A stretch of DNA of 64,000 bases from Perna viridis. Taxonomy: Eukaryota. The notes below the pieces were generated by a model. That model was given only the letters and a program-made list of their open reading frames with translations. It was not told the DNA's origin and did no database searches. Shown in pieces: positions 10,903-23,396 of this stretch (positions are counted from its first letter, which is position 1; each line of letters opens with the position of its first letter). The position numbers and the translations under genes are program-made. The DNA is taken from the NCBI GenBank assembly GCA_037379345.1, contig CM074513.1:47347195-47411194 (forward strand). Reading direction: 5' to 3'.

Positions 10903-11153
10903 AGATTTGTTTGAAAAAAAAAACAGAGTTTACTGTTACTATCTGATTTGAGATGTTTGTAAGTATAAAAATTAGACGTCTATTACATTCGAGAGTTAGA
11001 CATATGAATTGTTAAATATAAACTACTTTAATTACGAGGGTGACAGTAAGACAGGGTCTTTAACAAATTGGTAGATAGTATTAAAAACTGTAGATTACGA
11101 AAATGAAGTTATATTACCTATTGTCACATGATGACGTCATATGGATATTTCAG

Positions 11154-11261
11154 GGTAGCGAAAAGATATATGAAGGAACAGTAGTCCCAACACCAACAGA
11201 AGAATCAGTTATGACACTCTTGGGTGTACCGTACAGACCTCCCAATGAAAGAGATCATTGA
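11154..11261 (+). CDS. POLL: DNA polymerase lambda, final coding exon
   Basis: TTTCAG acceptor. Encodes GSEKIYEGTVVPTPTEESVMTLLGVPYRPPNERDH* versus human [34 protein letters not shown]. Confidence 0.96.
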   Translation, partial: GSEKIYEGTVVPTPTEESVMTLLGVPYRPPNERDH

Positions 11262-11988
11262 CGCAGTGTCATGTATACAGAATATCATGACACCATTGAC
11301 GTGCCATTAGTCCTAATGTATAATATTAATATGAAATCATAGCTATAAGTAGTAAACTGACGATAGTTGATTGGAAGCTGGTTGGTATTATGCACTGATT
11401 TGATAAAAGTATATCTATTGAATAAGACCACTGAAAACCATCTACTAACTGAAAATAGATTTATACGTCTAGTTGTTATACAAGTATTTTTAACGGGTGT
11501 ATCTTTTCCTTGATGTATATAGTGACATTATTTATAAGATTTTGAGTGATGAATTTCTGTAGATTTTTAGGTTTTTTAAATTACATGTATATTTTGGTAT
11601 AAACTGTTTATAATGAAATGTATAACAACGTTGACAATCTATACGACTTTTAAATATTTTTAAAATTACTTCTAAAAATATGATCGATGATAGAGTAGAG
11701 ACAAAATAATTCTTTTTCTCCGATTCTACCATTTCTATAAGTATGAAAGTATACTATACAAGTACATGTATAATTATGAAAATTAAATCCAGTTACACTT
11801 CTTTGTTCTATTATTTTTAGAATATTTGAATCGTATTAAATGATGCGTAGAACCATTGAATTAGGATTTATGAATTAGTTTCCATTCCACCACACAACTG
11901 TATGTATTTCGGATGTAAGTAGATTGTCCAGATAAGATAATGCTATAGTAAAGCGTATGTTACATGTATAATCGGGATTAACTGTATA

Positions 11989-11994
11989 AATAAA
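11989..11994 (+). terminator. Candidate POLL polyadenylation signal
   Basis: AATAAA about 730 nt after the stop; another at about 12089. Confidence 0.3.
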
Positions 11995-14708
11995 TCTTCC
12001 TTGGGTGGTATCAAAGTTTACATTGTACAAGGATAATTTAGAAGTTCCTACTAAGTGTTATTCCTCTGTATCGTTTATAAGTCGGACTAATAAACAGAGT
12101 TTTTACTTTTCCTCCATGTGAGGAAAATAAGATATACGTTAGTAAATTTACAGTAATGCTGTTTTTCTGAGTTCTAAATCTCTATAGTATTTGTTAATTT
12201 TCACTTATGAATTTGTAGTTTTTAAGGACTTTCTTATACACTTAAAATGTTATGTAGTACAGTTTTATAGTTTAATGAAAAAAATCTTTAAAAAAAAATG
12301 TTAAAAATTCAATAGCATAGGAACTTATGACGCAATTACCCAAAAAATTCATCAAGAACATACAAAAAGTTTCACATTACTCTCAATCAAACTTTTCTGT
12401 GAATGTTTCCATTTGTTTTGGATGAAGTAATAGTCAATTGAATATAAATATTAAAAAAACACGTACTTTTGGTCATTTTTAAGCATGTCGTGTGAAAACC
12501 TTTTTCAAATTACAAAAGGCCTAAATTGGATTGAACACAGGTCAAGCTAAACTATATCGGAATCATGTGGTTTCTATTTATTTTTTTTTACATTTCCTAC
12601 AATACAAATGGTAATACAGTGTGAAAAATTGGCCGTGTGGATACAGGGAAACTTCTTTATAAAGTTCTCCTGAAAATCTGACTGGAAAGAATTTAAATCA
12701 AAAAGTTACAGGAATAAAATGGGCTTTTCTAAAAGTATGATCGTTATATTTTCATCTATTTTTTGTGTCATCTAATTGTCTAAAAGAGTTTATAAAACCA
12801 ATATGATAACCTGTAATAACGTATTTTTGATTAAATGATAAAAAAAAGAAAATCATAGGATGGACACAAGGCCAGACAGTTACATAATATTCTCTACGAA
12901 CATTTATTTTAGTCATCTTTACGTCATCTAAGGGATATTTCTGTAATATAGATTGTCAGTATAGAATACCATAAATACTGCTGCCTTGTAAGAAATCTGG
13001 CTTCAATGATTTTAGTTATGGTAATGTTAAAAATCACAATATAGCGACAGTGACTGAAATAAGATATGTACATTTGTGACATCGCAGAACAACTGTTAAT
13101 ATTTGTGCATAAGAAATTACCCGAGCATGCGGGTAGAAAACATTTATGATAGTAATGTTCACGTTTTACACGTGTAGTAATTTCTTTAATACTCCAATGC
13201 TTGTAAATAGTGTCTATATCCATGTTCAATGAATTACAATTTTTATTATACGACCACAAACAAATTGAGGTCGTATAATAGTACAGGGGCGGATTCAAAA
13301 TTGGCTAAAATTTGCTAAGCATGGGTTGTCAGGGGTTGATTTAGGCGGGTTTAAGTTCAAACTTTAATTTCTCTCTAATTTTACCACAAAAGATATCTAC
13401 ATTACACCCACTCTAGAAGAATATTTCAAAAATTTAACCTCAAAAAATTTTAACTGTGCGCCCCTAATCTAAAAACCCTGTTATAGTATGGCGTTGTCTG
13501 TATTGCCGGTAGACAATTATTTTCGTGCCATAACTTGGGTTTTACTTGATGCTTCTTGATCAGATTTCACAAAAAGGTTCCAAACCACACAAAGAAGTAA
13601 ATACATCTCCAGTTAAAGCATATGGATGCCTATGATATCGTTCCACAATATTCTATGCCCTTAAGGTAATACGGGATGGGAGTAGGGTTGATTTTTGGAT
13701 TAAAATTTTAACCATTTAGGATGAATGACCAGAAACAAGCATTTACCTAAAGTCCGGATAATATATTGACTGTAAGTGAACGGATCGCTTTGAAATTGCT
13801 TCACAAAGTGCCTTATCCCGAAATGGATGCTGTGATTTATTTTGGAGGTTGTGACTGGATAGAAATTAAGAATAAAAGAGAACAACTTTAATACTGGACA
13901 AATTCTTATCCTGTGTCAAATGCCTAATAGTATCATACTTGAAGACTGTATCAAGCTTGAATTGTGTGTTCGACCTCTTCGCTTGCAAAGTATGTTATTG
14001 AAACTACATATTTATGTTTTTTTAATAGTTTAATCCTGAATGTTATAAAATATTGTTTTGTTTAGGATGACATATGCTTTCAATGGTGGTCATTTTATAT
14101 AGTGGAATGACTAGACATGTTTAAATGGCCTTCACACACTCACTACCTTCCATTTAACTTGTCTTTACATAAATAAGTGTTGTCATTGTGTTTATGCAGC
14201 CTATTTAATTGAGAGAAATGGATTTCCCAGTCTTCATTAGCACTTTATATACCTCATATATACCTCACTTTGTTGTACATGTATGTAAGTATTTATATTA
14301 TTTATTATTTTGTACTAGTTAACTGATTATTATTTTTTGATGATTTTTGTGCCTTTTTTAAATAAAATAAAATCTTTGATTTCATGTAGATCTGAAAACA
14401 TTGATTCCCAGAAAGAAACAAATGTTGCCATAATTCTTACTTTACAATTTATATCAAATTTACCTACTTGCTTTATAATGTATAGATTTCAAATGTCAAG
14501 AAAGCCATGCCTCTACTTTTTTATCGAACAATAGATGCTCTTTCCATGAAGTTATGTCGTTAACTGGTCCTCCCGTCCGTCCGTTACAAGTTGTCTACAG
14601 TCAAGCTATGCTAAGTGAAAAGGCTATGTTTATAAATCAATGAAAGTTTTGGTTTTTTCTTGTGTTATTTGATACAACTTAACAATACTTAAACGGATTT
14701 CTTTATAA

Positions 14709-14909
14709 ATTGTACAATATGCCATTCTACCAAAGGGAGGCTGGGATTAAACTGTACAATGTGTCATACCACAAAAGGAAGACTGGGATTAACAAGGTGC
14801 CACACTACCACAGGGAGGCTGAGATTAAATTGTACTATGTTCCATACCATTAAAGGAAGGCTGGCATTAACAAGGTGCCATACCACAAAAGGAAGGCTGG
14901 GATTAAATT
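14709..14909. repeat. Minisatellite with ~42-bp and ~36-bp units
   Basis: Five copies of the core TACCA(C)AAAGGRAGGCTGGGATTAA separated by two linker types. Confidence 0.85.
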
Positions 14910-15623
14910 TTAGGGGTTCTTACTGGACTTAGTAGTATTTAAGGGTCGTAAGAGGGAAAGAAACAAGCACTTTCCTGATGTCTGGTGTTAACTTGAACGA
15001 TTATAAGGGAAAGTGACAATGCGCTACATGTATACCCAAAATGAAAAACAAAAGAACGAATATGGTGAAACGCTACGTATGCACCGGCGTATTATAACCA
15101 AAATACAAACCAGGAAATACTTTATCTCTTCTGCTAACTGACAGCATGGAAGCAAATTACTCGCAAGTGGAAACAATGTACACATTCTCAGCTTTATTTT
15201 GACTACTTTCGATCACCACAATGTCTTTAAAAAGTGCAAGTACACATTCAAATAAGCTCTGCAATGACTGACAACAAAAAGGTTGTAAAATTTATGGTAA
15301 CATATTGATGCCACTTCTACAAATCAAACTAAAAAGTTATATAACGACACGAAGACACAATAATGACCAACATCTCATCACGGTGTGGTTAAACAAGGTT
15401 TTAGGCTTAAACGCCCCCTTTAATGTAAGGTAAAAAATTAACTGAACCAACTATAAAATTAACCCAATAACTCATTTAACCCTAAAATGTGTTTAGATTG
15501 ACTTCAGAGGTTGTGACAGGAACCATTTGGGAAAAGGGGCCAAAAAAGAGGCACCTTTGATTTTGATCAAATTCATACTATTTATAAAATGTCTTATCGC
15601 AATTGAATCGCAAAGCTATATAA

Positions 15624-16109
15624 TGATTGATTGTTGGGGTTTAACGTCCGAGCAGCAATATTTCAGCTATATTCAGACGATGAACATGAAAGGGATGATA
15701 AAACGAACATGAAATGATGATGATGATGAAATGAACAAAGGGATGGGACACAAGGATAATGGGGTCGACAAATTTTGATTGCCACAAGATAAAAGGGAGG
15801 AATGGGTAGGGTTTGGCAGTTTAGCCTCCTGTGGCGGAGCGCAAAGGTTCCTACTCATATCGAATACCACACCAGGGTTCTTTAACGTGCGAGAAACGTG
15901 GCATCTTCCCAACACGGTGCACCACTATGGTTTGCGGTCAGGTTTTCCGTATTATAGCCTGACAACCCCAGCATGTAACACGCCAGGGGTACCCCATTCC
16001 ACCACCTGGGGCACACATTCCAGTTGCTCTGAACACTATTTAGTCGCCTTTTACGACAAGCTTAGCGCTGCTGCAGGCCTATTCTTTTAACACCCGGACC
16101 TGCACGGAG
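15624..16109 (-). mobile_element. SINE-like retroposon, copy 2 (internal ~35-nt deletion)
   Basis: Reverse complement of the family. Perfect 15-bp TSD CGCAAAGCTATATAA at 15609-15623 and 16110-16124. Confidence 0.93.
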
Positions 16110-17084
16110 CGCAAAGCTATATAAAGCTTCAGTGGTGAATCCAGTCCATATTTGCCAAAACATGAGATTGTTAAGGATTCGATCTCTGCTTCGTCTGAAA
16201 CTGTACAAGCGAAAGCTTTAAGTAACAAATACTGTGAGCTCTTCCATTTAATTGTGATTTGTACATCTTTAATCTTATCTTAGTTTCTGCTTAAATGTCT
16301 AAAAATGCGTGACCAATTCTTCCCACATGCAGACATCAATATTCTCATCCATCATGTACACTGCAGCGAATATAGACTCCAAGACAAACCACGACAATTG
16401 CAATTTATATAATTTTTGACAAGAAATAAAAAAAATCATGACTTGAAAACAAACCAATCATTGATAATGTATTTCTCAACATGTATCACATTAAAATCAT
16501 CTTCAGTCTGCAATTAACTTCTTTTGATGTAGACTGTCATAATACTAATGTTTAAATAAAGAACTTGATAAAAATATGTATCGGTCAGTGTTTTCTTTTA
16601 TTCTTCATGTAACCGTACTGTGAATTGGCTTTCACGGCTCTTATTAACTGAAGATGTCTGAAGCGAATTTATTGCACTGAATATTTTTTTGTTGAAATGA
16701 TAGTTCTTGACTCTGCCGCATATTCGTCATAATAGTCTTTACACTTACCATATACTTTGTTGTTTCAGGGAAAGAGTCTGTCTTAGCCCTTTATCAGTAG
16801 CCAAAATCCATCTGCCCATTAGTGAAGGTAAATTACTGGACGTCGGTAAATAAGCCAACAATTTACAGAATTTTTTAGGAAAATTTTCACCGCCTTTGGC
16901 TAAAACAGCTGCTTAGAACTACAGCAAACACCCACAGCAGTGTCGACGTCTAGTATTAATATACTATTCAAGGGACTTAAGCCTTAATTATTCGTCCCAG
17001 ATGTCCCTGTATTCGCCAATCATTCCTCTTCATTGAATTGCATGGGTTTAATGATTTTACCAACAGAAATTCCAACAGAAATTC

Positions 17085-17121
17085 GGCTGCTCGGACGTTA
17101 AACCCCAACAAACAACAAACA
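17085..17121 (+). mobile_element. Extremely 5'-truncated SINE/LINE tail insertion
   Basis: GCTGCTCGGACGTTAAACCCCAACAAACAACAAACA flanked by the TSD AACAGAAATTC. Confidence 0.8.
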
Positions 17122-18522
17122 AACAGAAATTCCCGTTTCTTTTAATGTTTTAATGATCGGATATTATTGACACAGTAATGGCCCTTTACGTGCAGTTTCC
17201 TCGAAAACCGTGTTGATAATGTTATTATTATGGTGACTCAGACATTTTATCGGTCTCGTTTAGTTATGGTCGTGTTATTTGGTCATAATTATACTCTGCC
17301 CTGATGCTTTTTTTTTAAATCCAGCTATGCTTACAGCTTTGTTTGCGATATTAGATGAAAACAATTTAAATTGTAAGTAACTAGCTTCGAAGGGTTGACG
17401 AACATTTCATTTGTGCGTCAAAGCAAATTATTAGTTAACGATGATGTATTGACTACTACGTCGCTTACGTACTCCAGATCAAAACATTGCTGCGGGAAAT
17501 AAAATTTCAACACACACGGGAGTAAAATTGACAAAGGTCGCAATACAATAAAGCTCAGTGATTATCACAACAAACCAAACAAATTCAATTTGTCACTATT
17601 GAAACTTGGTCATAAATTGCATTTACATTCCAAGATTTGATTTGTTTTGTGAAAATTTTGTTCCCGATTGTAACGAGTTCTGTGCCACAGGGCCGATCAT
17701 CGGCCCAAAGTAGTACTCCTTTCAGTGCCAGAGGTCCGATGCATCAGCCCTTTCAAAAACCTGTTGTTTTCTTAGCGTCACAATAGCAAGGCCTTTGTGA
17801 CGACGGAACGTGACATTGAGAGGCAAAAAGGGGAGGGTCCATAAAGGAAAGTTTTGGTAGTTCACCAGTCATTTTTTGTAAGTTTTCCTCGGAGAGAGGC
17901 TCTGAAAAAAATACTTAGTATCCTAGTTGAAAAAAAAACAGCTTCTTGTATATATACCATTACATTTTAATGTGAATAATAAGTAGTATATAATATGTAT
18001 TAGAATATCAAATTTATTAAGAGATTTGGAAAATTACCGTAATTGTTCCGTAGTAGCTTTTTCACATTTGAGTAAGTTACAAACCAAACGTATTGCATTA
18101 TCAGAATCTGCTATAAATACACGCATTTTAGTATCAAGCTTTTGTTAAATATAGTGGATATTCCCAGGATGATTTTCTAATTTTATCAAACCATTCAGAA
18201 ATTTGATCTAAATGGGCATATGCATATTTAAAGTTCTAAACTCACACAAAATGTATAGCAAGCATTATTCATTTAAAATTGCCCAAACAGGTATGCTCGG
18301 TTTACTAGTATATTAAATTTGGTCCCAAAATAAACTTGGTCAAATCAATGTAAGTATAAACAAGAGAAAACGGACAGCCGGACCCCTTGGACGTTTTTAG
18401 GGGAAACAGAATTTTATTGAACTTTAAGTGCTGGACATAGTTTATTCTAACGTTTTAGTCTTTATATTTGTCACTGAGCTGAGAAACCGCCCCAAGCAAA
18501 TTTGTCAATATAGCAATTATCG

Positions 18523-18900
18523 CTAAATGATGTAATACCTAAAAAATTCGGAATGTTGTGAGTGTTTTATGATCCTCTGTAAAAATAGAGAATAGTTGAA
18601 TCGAGGAGTCTGTCCTTGACTTCCGAACTGTACACATGTATTTTCACGAGATGTAAATAAAGTTGTATATAGTGTACTGGGACTTTGCAATAATTGCATC
18701 TCACGCCGGAAACCGTCAATTATAGACCATATGCATAAAGACTGTTTAACCCGCCAATTTAAAGTGTTATATAGGCATTGCAAAAATTTTAAATTTAAGT
18801 ATGTGCCTAATTTGACAACAAAGCTTTTTTGCTGTTCATTCATGCAGCACATGGAACTCTTAGTGCAAAATGGACCAATAACGTGTAAAATCTGCGAAAA
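18523..18900 (-). pseudogene. Possible degenerate SGNH-hydrolase ORF of the Ngaro-type element
   Basis: HVIGP...LGTYLNL...NWRVKQSLCIW, plus YLHL-ENT after a 1-nt shift, echo the recalled Ngaro hydrolase pattern WIVGSS...GxNLxL...WxGxxGMxW...HLGxND. Located downstream of the YR. Confidence 0.4.
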
Positions 18901-19652
18901 CAAATTTATATTGCACCAATTCCCAAGTTATTACTTTAGAGAAAAAGAGGAGAACAACTGTGCAAGCTACACCACTGAGTTTTTTGGTAAGGACATAAAT
19001 AAAACAACATATCCCATAAATGTCATTTATTAAATGACGATAATCAAACGGCAAAAATAAGTAACATATGTACATTGAATTGGAGTGTCACTGTCAGAGA
19101 TGAGACAAATAATATAAATTTGATAATACAGTTGACACTCCCTAAAAAGTATACAAAATTCCTTACAACAAAAAAGGTATGGCCTAAAAAACAGCCATAG
19201 CCGACATTGAACAGTCAATGGCGGCGCCGCCATACCTGGAGTAGCGAGCACAAGGAGGTTCGGGATAAAATCAAAAGAATAAAACAATATTTTCAACACA
19301 TTAGAACACATACATGTAAGAGTAATACTGAAATACAGCGTGTATATTTACCGAAGCAGCCACATGCTGACCAACAGTACATACAATTTAACAGTTACCT
19401 ACATGTATATATGGTATAACCAATATTATGTCGGAAATGAAACATTAGCTAGAGTTGGTGACAACGTTGTCACCCATACGAAATATAATTAATTCTAAGC
19501 AATCAAATCTGTCCCAAGACATGTACCCACTTGTTAACAGGAGGGAATTACACGTACATACAACCATAACTATCAATGTGCTTTAATGCCATGTCACATG
19601 AAAAACAATAATATACGTGTACAATGTACATATAATGTTAAAAACTTATAAG

Positions 19653-19914
19653 GAGCAGGCAAATCCTGGCCTCCTATCTGTTAAGGCAATAAGATGTGCT
19701 ATATTTACATGAAAGTGAATAAGTGAATCCAAACTTGAAAGGTCATTGAACAGGCAAATCCTGGTCTCAGATCTGATAAAAATAAGCACAAGCAATACAA
19801 CAAACGATTACACATAGTACAAAAACTGTAAATAACAGAAATTCATTTGGTATAGGTAAACGTAAATTGTAATAAATGGATGGAAGTCCCCACGAGCAGG
19901 CAAATCCTGGCCTC
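19653..19914. repeat. Three copies of a 21-bp hairpin-forming direct repeat inside the YR element
   Basis: GA(G/A)CAGGCAAATCCTGG(C/T)CTC at 19653-19673, 19748-19768 and 19894-19914. Confidence 0.85.
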
Positions 19915-19945
19915 ATTCAATAAGTAAATTCAACAGCTAAATATA

Positions 19946-20465
19946 CTACAATATAAAAGTATCAATGCTGATATATCTTTCTACTGCATTTGAGTTCCAA
20001 CGGCCAAGCTTCTTAATGTAAGCTTATGAGTAACCTAGGTTGGCAAAATGGGTAGCTGCACCGATGCGAAAACTGTGGCCTTTATAGAAAGTATTTTCTA
20101 TACCCATGAATTGTAAAATTTTGGCCGTTTGTGTTGCAACAAAATGGTGGATTACAGGTTTATGGTTAGAAAACTGAAAGAGAGGTCCATCAGAGTGACC
20201 AAAATGCTGTAAGTATACAAACAAAGCTCTGACAGGACAGAAAGCTAGGTCAGACAAATTAGCTGCCAGATATATTGAGACCGGATGATGTGACTTAATG
20301 TTCTTAAAATGGCACAGCGTCAATGTGACTGTTTCGGGGAGAGGGGAAGACATATCTTTTTCAAAATCGGAAAATTGAACATCACCTGTTTGTATTATTC
20401 TAGTTGAGTCCTCCTTTGACCTCAACAAAATTTCTCCTAAACGCAAGAATGCAGAAAATGATAAC
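19946..20465 (-). pseudogene. Tyrosine recombinase (phage-integrase family) domain, interrupted
   Basis: Catalytic R (FLRLGE), HxxR (HSFR), W (GRW) and Y (ERY) are present. An in-frame TAA at 20024-20026 separates the catalytic Tyr; the natural stop is at 19946-19948. Confidence 0.88.
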
Positions 20466-21060
20466 AAATGGTCAGAAAACAACCACTTATCAGCTAAGAA
20501 GAAAGATTTTCCATTAAAGGAGTCTAGAAAAAAAAATTCCAAGCGCTAAGATCAGGCCTAGCTTCTTCAGTTAACCTGATATAATAATGCGCCTTTGAAA
20601 TTCCCAAAGTAAAACAAATTGATTTCATTATAATATTTTGCAGGAGAAATTGCCCACATGCAGTCAACAAATTCAATATTCAAACTATGAAATCCTATTC
20701 AATTTGTACCTATATATATTTTGACAAAATATTTAGTTGTGGATCGAAAATATTTCAAAAGAAATAAACGGCAGTGCAAAGATGCGATACTTGAGTGTAA
20801 ACAGTATTTTATTCAGTAATATTACATATCAATAGCAAGTGCATTTAAGCAATATTGGGATTGGAGAACAAGTGTCGAATACTTTTACAAACTCCTCTCC
20901 AAGAAAAATATAATTAGAAATGATTATAGACAATCATGTATGAAACATTTCAAAATAGGTGATAACCAAGCACTATTACAGATATACAACTTATTAAAAT
21001 CAAGTTCATTACATTGATTATGCCACACAAAATATTGAAATAGATTTTATAAACTTATGC

Positions 21061-21123
21061 ATCGTCTGAATATAGCTGAAATATTGCTGCTCGGACGTTA
21101 AACCCCAACAATCAATCAATCAA
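21061..21123 (+). mobile_element. 5'-truncated SINE/LINE tail insertion
   Basis: ATCGTCTGAATATAGCTGAAATATTGCTGCTCGGACGTTAAACCCCAA(CAAT)n with perfect TSD TATAAACTTATGC (21048-21060 and 21124-21136). Confidence 0.9.
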
Positions 21124-23396
21124 TATAAACTTATGCTTATCAAGTAAACCTTTTTGTATTTAAAATGAATTCTTGTACTACAATGACATTGTCAGAATTT
21201 ACATTACCAGAAAGGTTAGTATAACAAATAGTCAATAGTAACAGGGTTATATGAAAATAGAGAAAACATATATACTTTGTGATGTCATTTAAAGAAGTAA
21301 ATATTGTAATAACTCGTACCGTATTTTTTTTTGTCAGTGTCTAGTCATCTTTGTAACAGAAACAGTATGCCAATAAATATTTTTAATGACAAGTTATAGA
21401 AGTGGTATATGTATAAACAAATGTACCACATTTTATGATATACAATATCTTGTTGAAGAACATGTAAATGATAAAAAGATTGTCTTAACTTTCTGATTTA
21501 TGCTAAAGTTCCAAGTCACAACTTAAATCAAACATTATAATTAAATTTCAGAGTGTCCCAGTCAGAATTAGGACTGTAAAACGCATTTTTTTTAAATGCG
21601 GACCGCGACTGACCTGCTGACACAGATTGTATGCAGTAACATAGCTTTTGCCTGTTAATATCAAATTAAATTTATACTTGAAAGAAGAACTTAGTTTAAA
21701 TAAAATATAGGGCTATATGAACTGTACTTTAAAAGCCTTAATGAGGACACCAGACTACTACTATATAATTACCTATAATGTTGTTAATTTTCCTTGTACT
21801 GCAGCCTCTCGGGTGTTAGAGCACTCCTCGGTTCTAGAAAACAGCACTAGCAGAACAATTACCATTCGTTACATGATCACCTCAAAGAACAAATCTAAAT
21901 AGATAATTATGGATTGTTTTATCCATGTAGACCTAAAGCTTATAATATTATGTCTGACTTGATTCTAGGAAGTATAATCACTGTAATTTAAATAATTATG
22001 GGATAAATCCAACTGCGGATGAACTGTACTTTAATAATGCTTTGGAGGATGTAATTACTGTGTGTATCTGCATCAAATGCTATCGGGAAATGGCATAACA
22101 GCGCTTTGTACCCAACATAGACTTTCATCATTACATTAGTTGAATTTTCTCAGCTTGAAAAATGTAGGACTTGGTCCTTCCGCCTTTAAACATTATCCAC
22201 CATTTTAAATACTTTAATGATTAGATTCATGATTTTAAGATGTAAGAGCCTAATGACGTTTTAAAGTATTTTATTATAAAGTTACAGGGGAGTAAAATTG
22301 CAACTTTTGGGGGCAGTACAGCAAGAATGTGTCAACTTCAGTATTTTAAAGATACTATTAGATGGCTCATGTCTGTCTAAGTGCAATATTTCGATTAAAC
22401 AACTTCAGTAGTAATTTGGATAAATGAAATGAATTGAAATAGATCTAATAATCTATGAGATATATATGAAAATACAGCAAAGACCTATCTGTCAAACATA
22501 TGTAAAACTTATATGTAAAAAGATAGTAACTTGATAAGATACTTTTTTATCAATAACTTCGTATAATATTACCTTCAATCTTGGGAGGAAGACAATAGAC
22601 GGAGGGAAAGAAGCAAATGCTAAAAAAAATCAGAAAAATTCCAATTTGGAAAAAGAATACTTGTATATGCCGATCGAAGTGAAGATAGAACTGTGAGAAT
22701 ACTTCAGCTGTATATCCTATCATTTAATGATATAATTTATGTTGTAAAAATTCCATCATAAATATGAAATCAAGAACACAACGGTATTTTAAATGTAAAT
22801 TTTCAGATACAGAACGAAGAAAAAGGTCAGGAAATCTGACAAAATGGAACAACCTAAACCAACTGAAAACAAGCATTTCGGGCTTCTCTGTGTGCACTGG
22901 AAAGGTAAATACTATTTTTCCCTTTATTAATACGCGCTTATAATTATACCACTAGGGAGTGATAAGTACGTGAAGTCCCCTAGTAAAGGTCTGTAATAAG
23001 TACCGTCTTTGTTGTACATGTGCTATTATTTTACAAAGTACAAATTCCTGCCATAACCTTAATATTTGTACTAAAAAACTATTGACCAATACTCCGGATT
23101 AAAGTACAAATATTAAAAACAAAATGTAAAACCTTGCTTTACCTCGCAATTATCAGTTATTTTTTGGAATAATAATTCCAAAAGAAATCTTACGTTTCAT
23201 CAACCGGAATGAATAAATTTATTGTACTAACCCAACATTGTATGTCCCAAAATCAAATACGAGTATGGTTGTAAGCTTCTAAACGACTGTACTAATTCTC
23301 CGTAATCGTTTAACGATGGGACTTAAAAGTTCTATAGTTAAAAATGAAGTTGTACCGGGCAGATATTTTGTCATTGGTAACAATTCGTGCAATTTT

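Larger units (their letters stand above)
18360..20720 (-). mobile_element. Internally deleted, decayed tyrosine-recombinase retrotransposon (Ngaro/DIRS group)
   Basis: On the - strand, in order: RT/RNase H linker (TLGISKAHYYIRLTEEARPDLSAWNFFLDSFNGKSFF..DKW..SDHL), YR (FLRLGEI...CPVRAL...GHSFRIGAAT...GRWNSNAVERY), a putative SGNH-hydrolase remnant, then an AATAAA-containing terminal segment near 18360-18420. Boundaries approximate. Confidence 0.8.

Noticed and set aside
19653-19914. CRISPR-like array (palindromic repeats with spacers)
   Set aside because: Only three repeats, unequal long spacers with partial mutual similarity, no cas genes, eukaryotic context inside a retrotransposon.
20024-20542. 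Functional 172-aa integrase or prophage gene
   Set aside because: Chimeric start without a true ATG, premature stop before the catalytic Tyr, and flanking RT remnants mark it as a dead YR retrotransposon.
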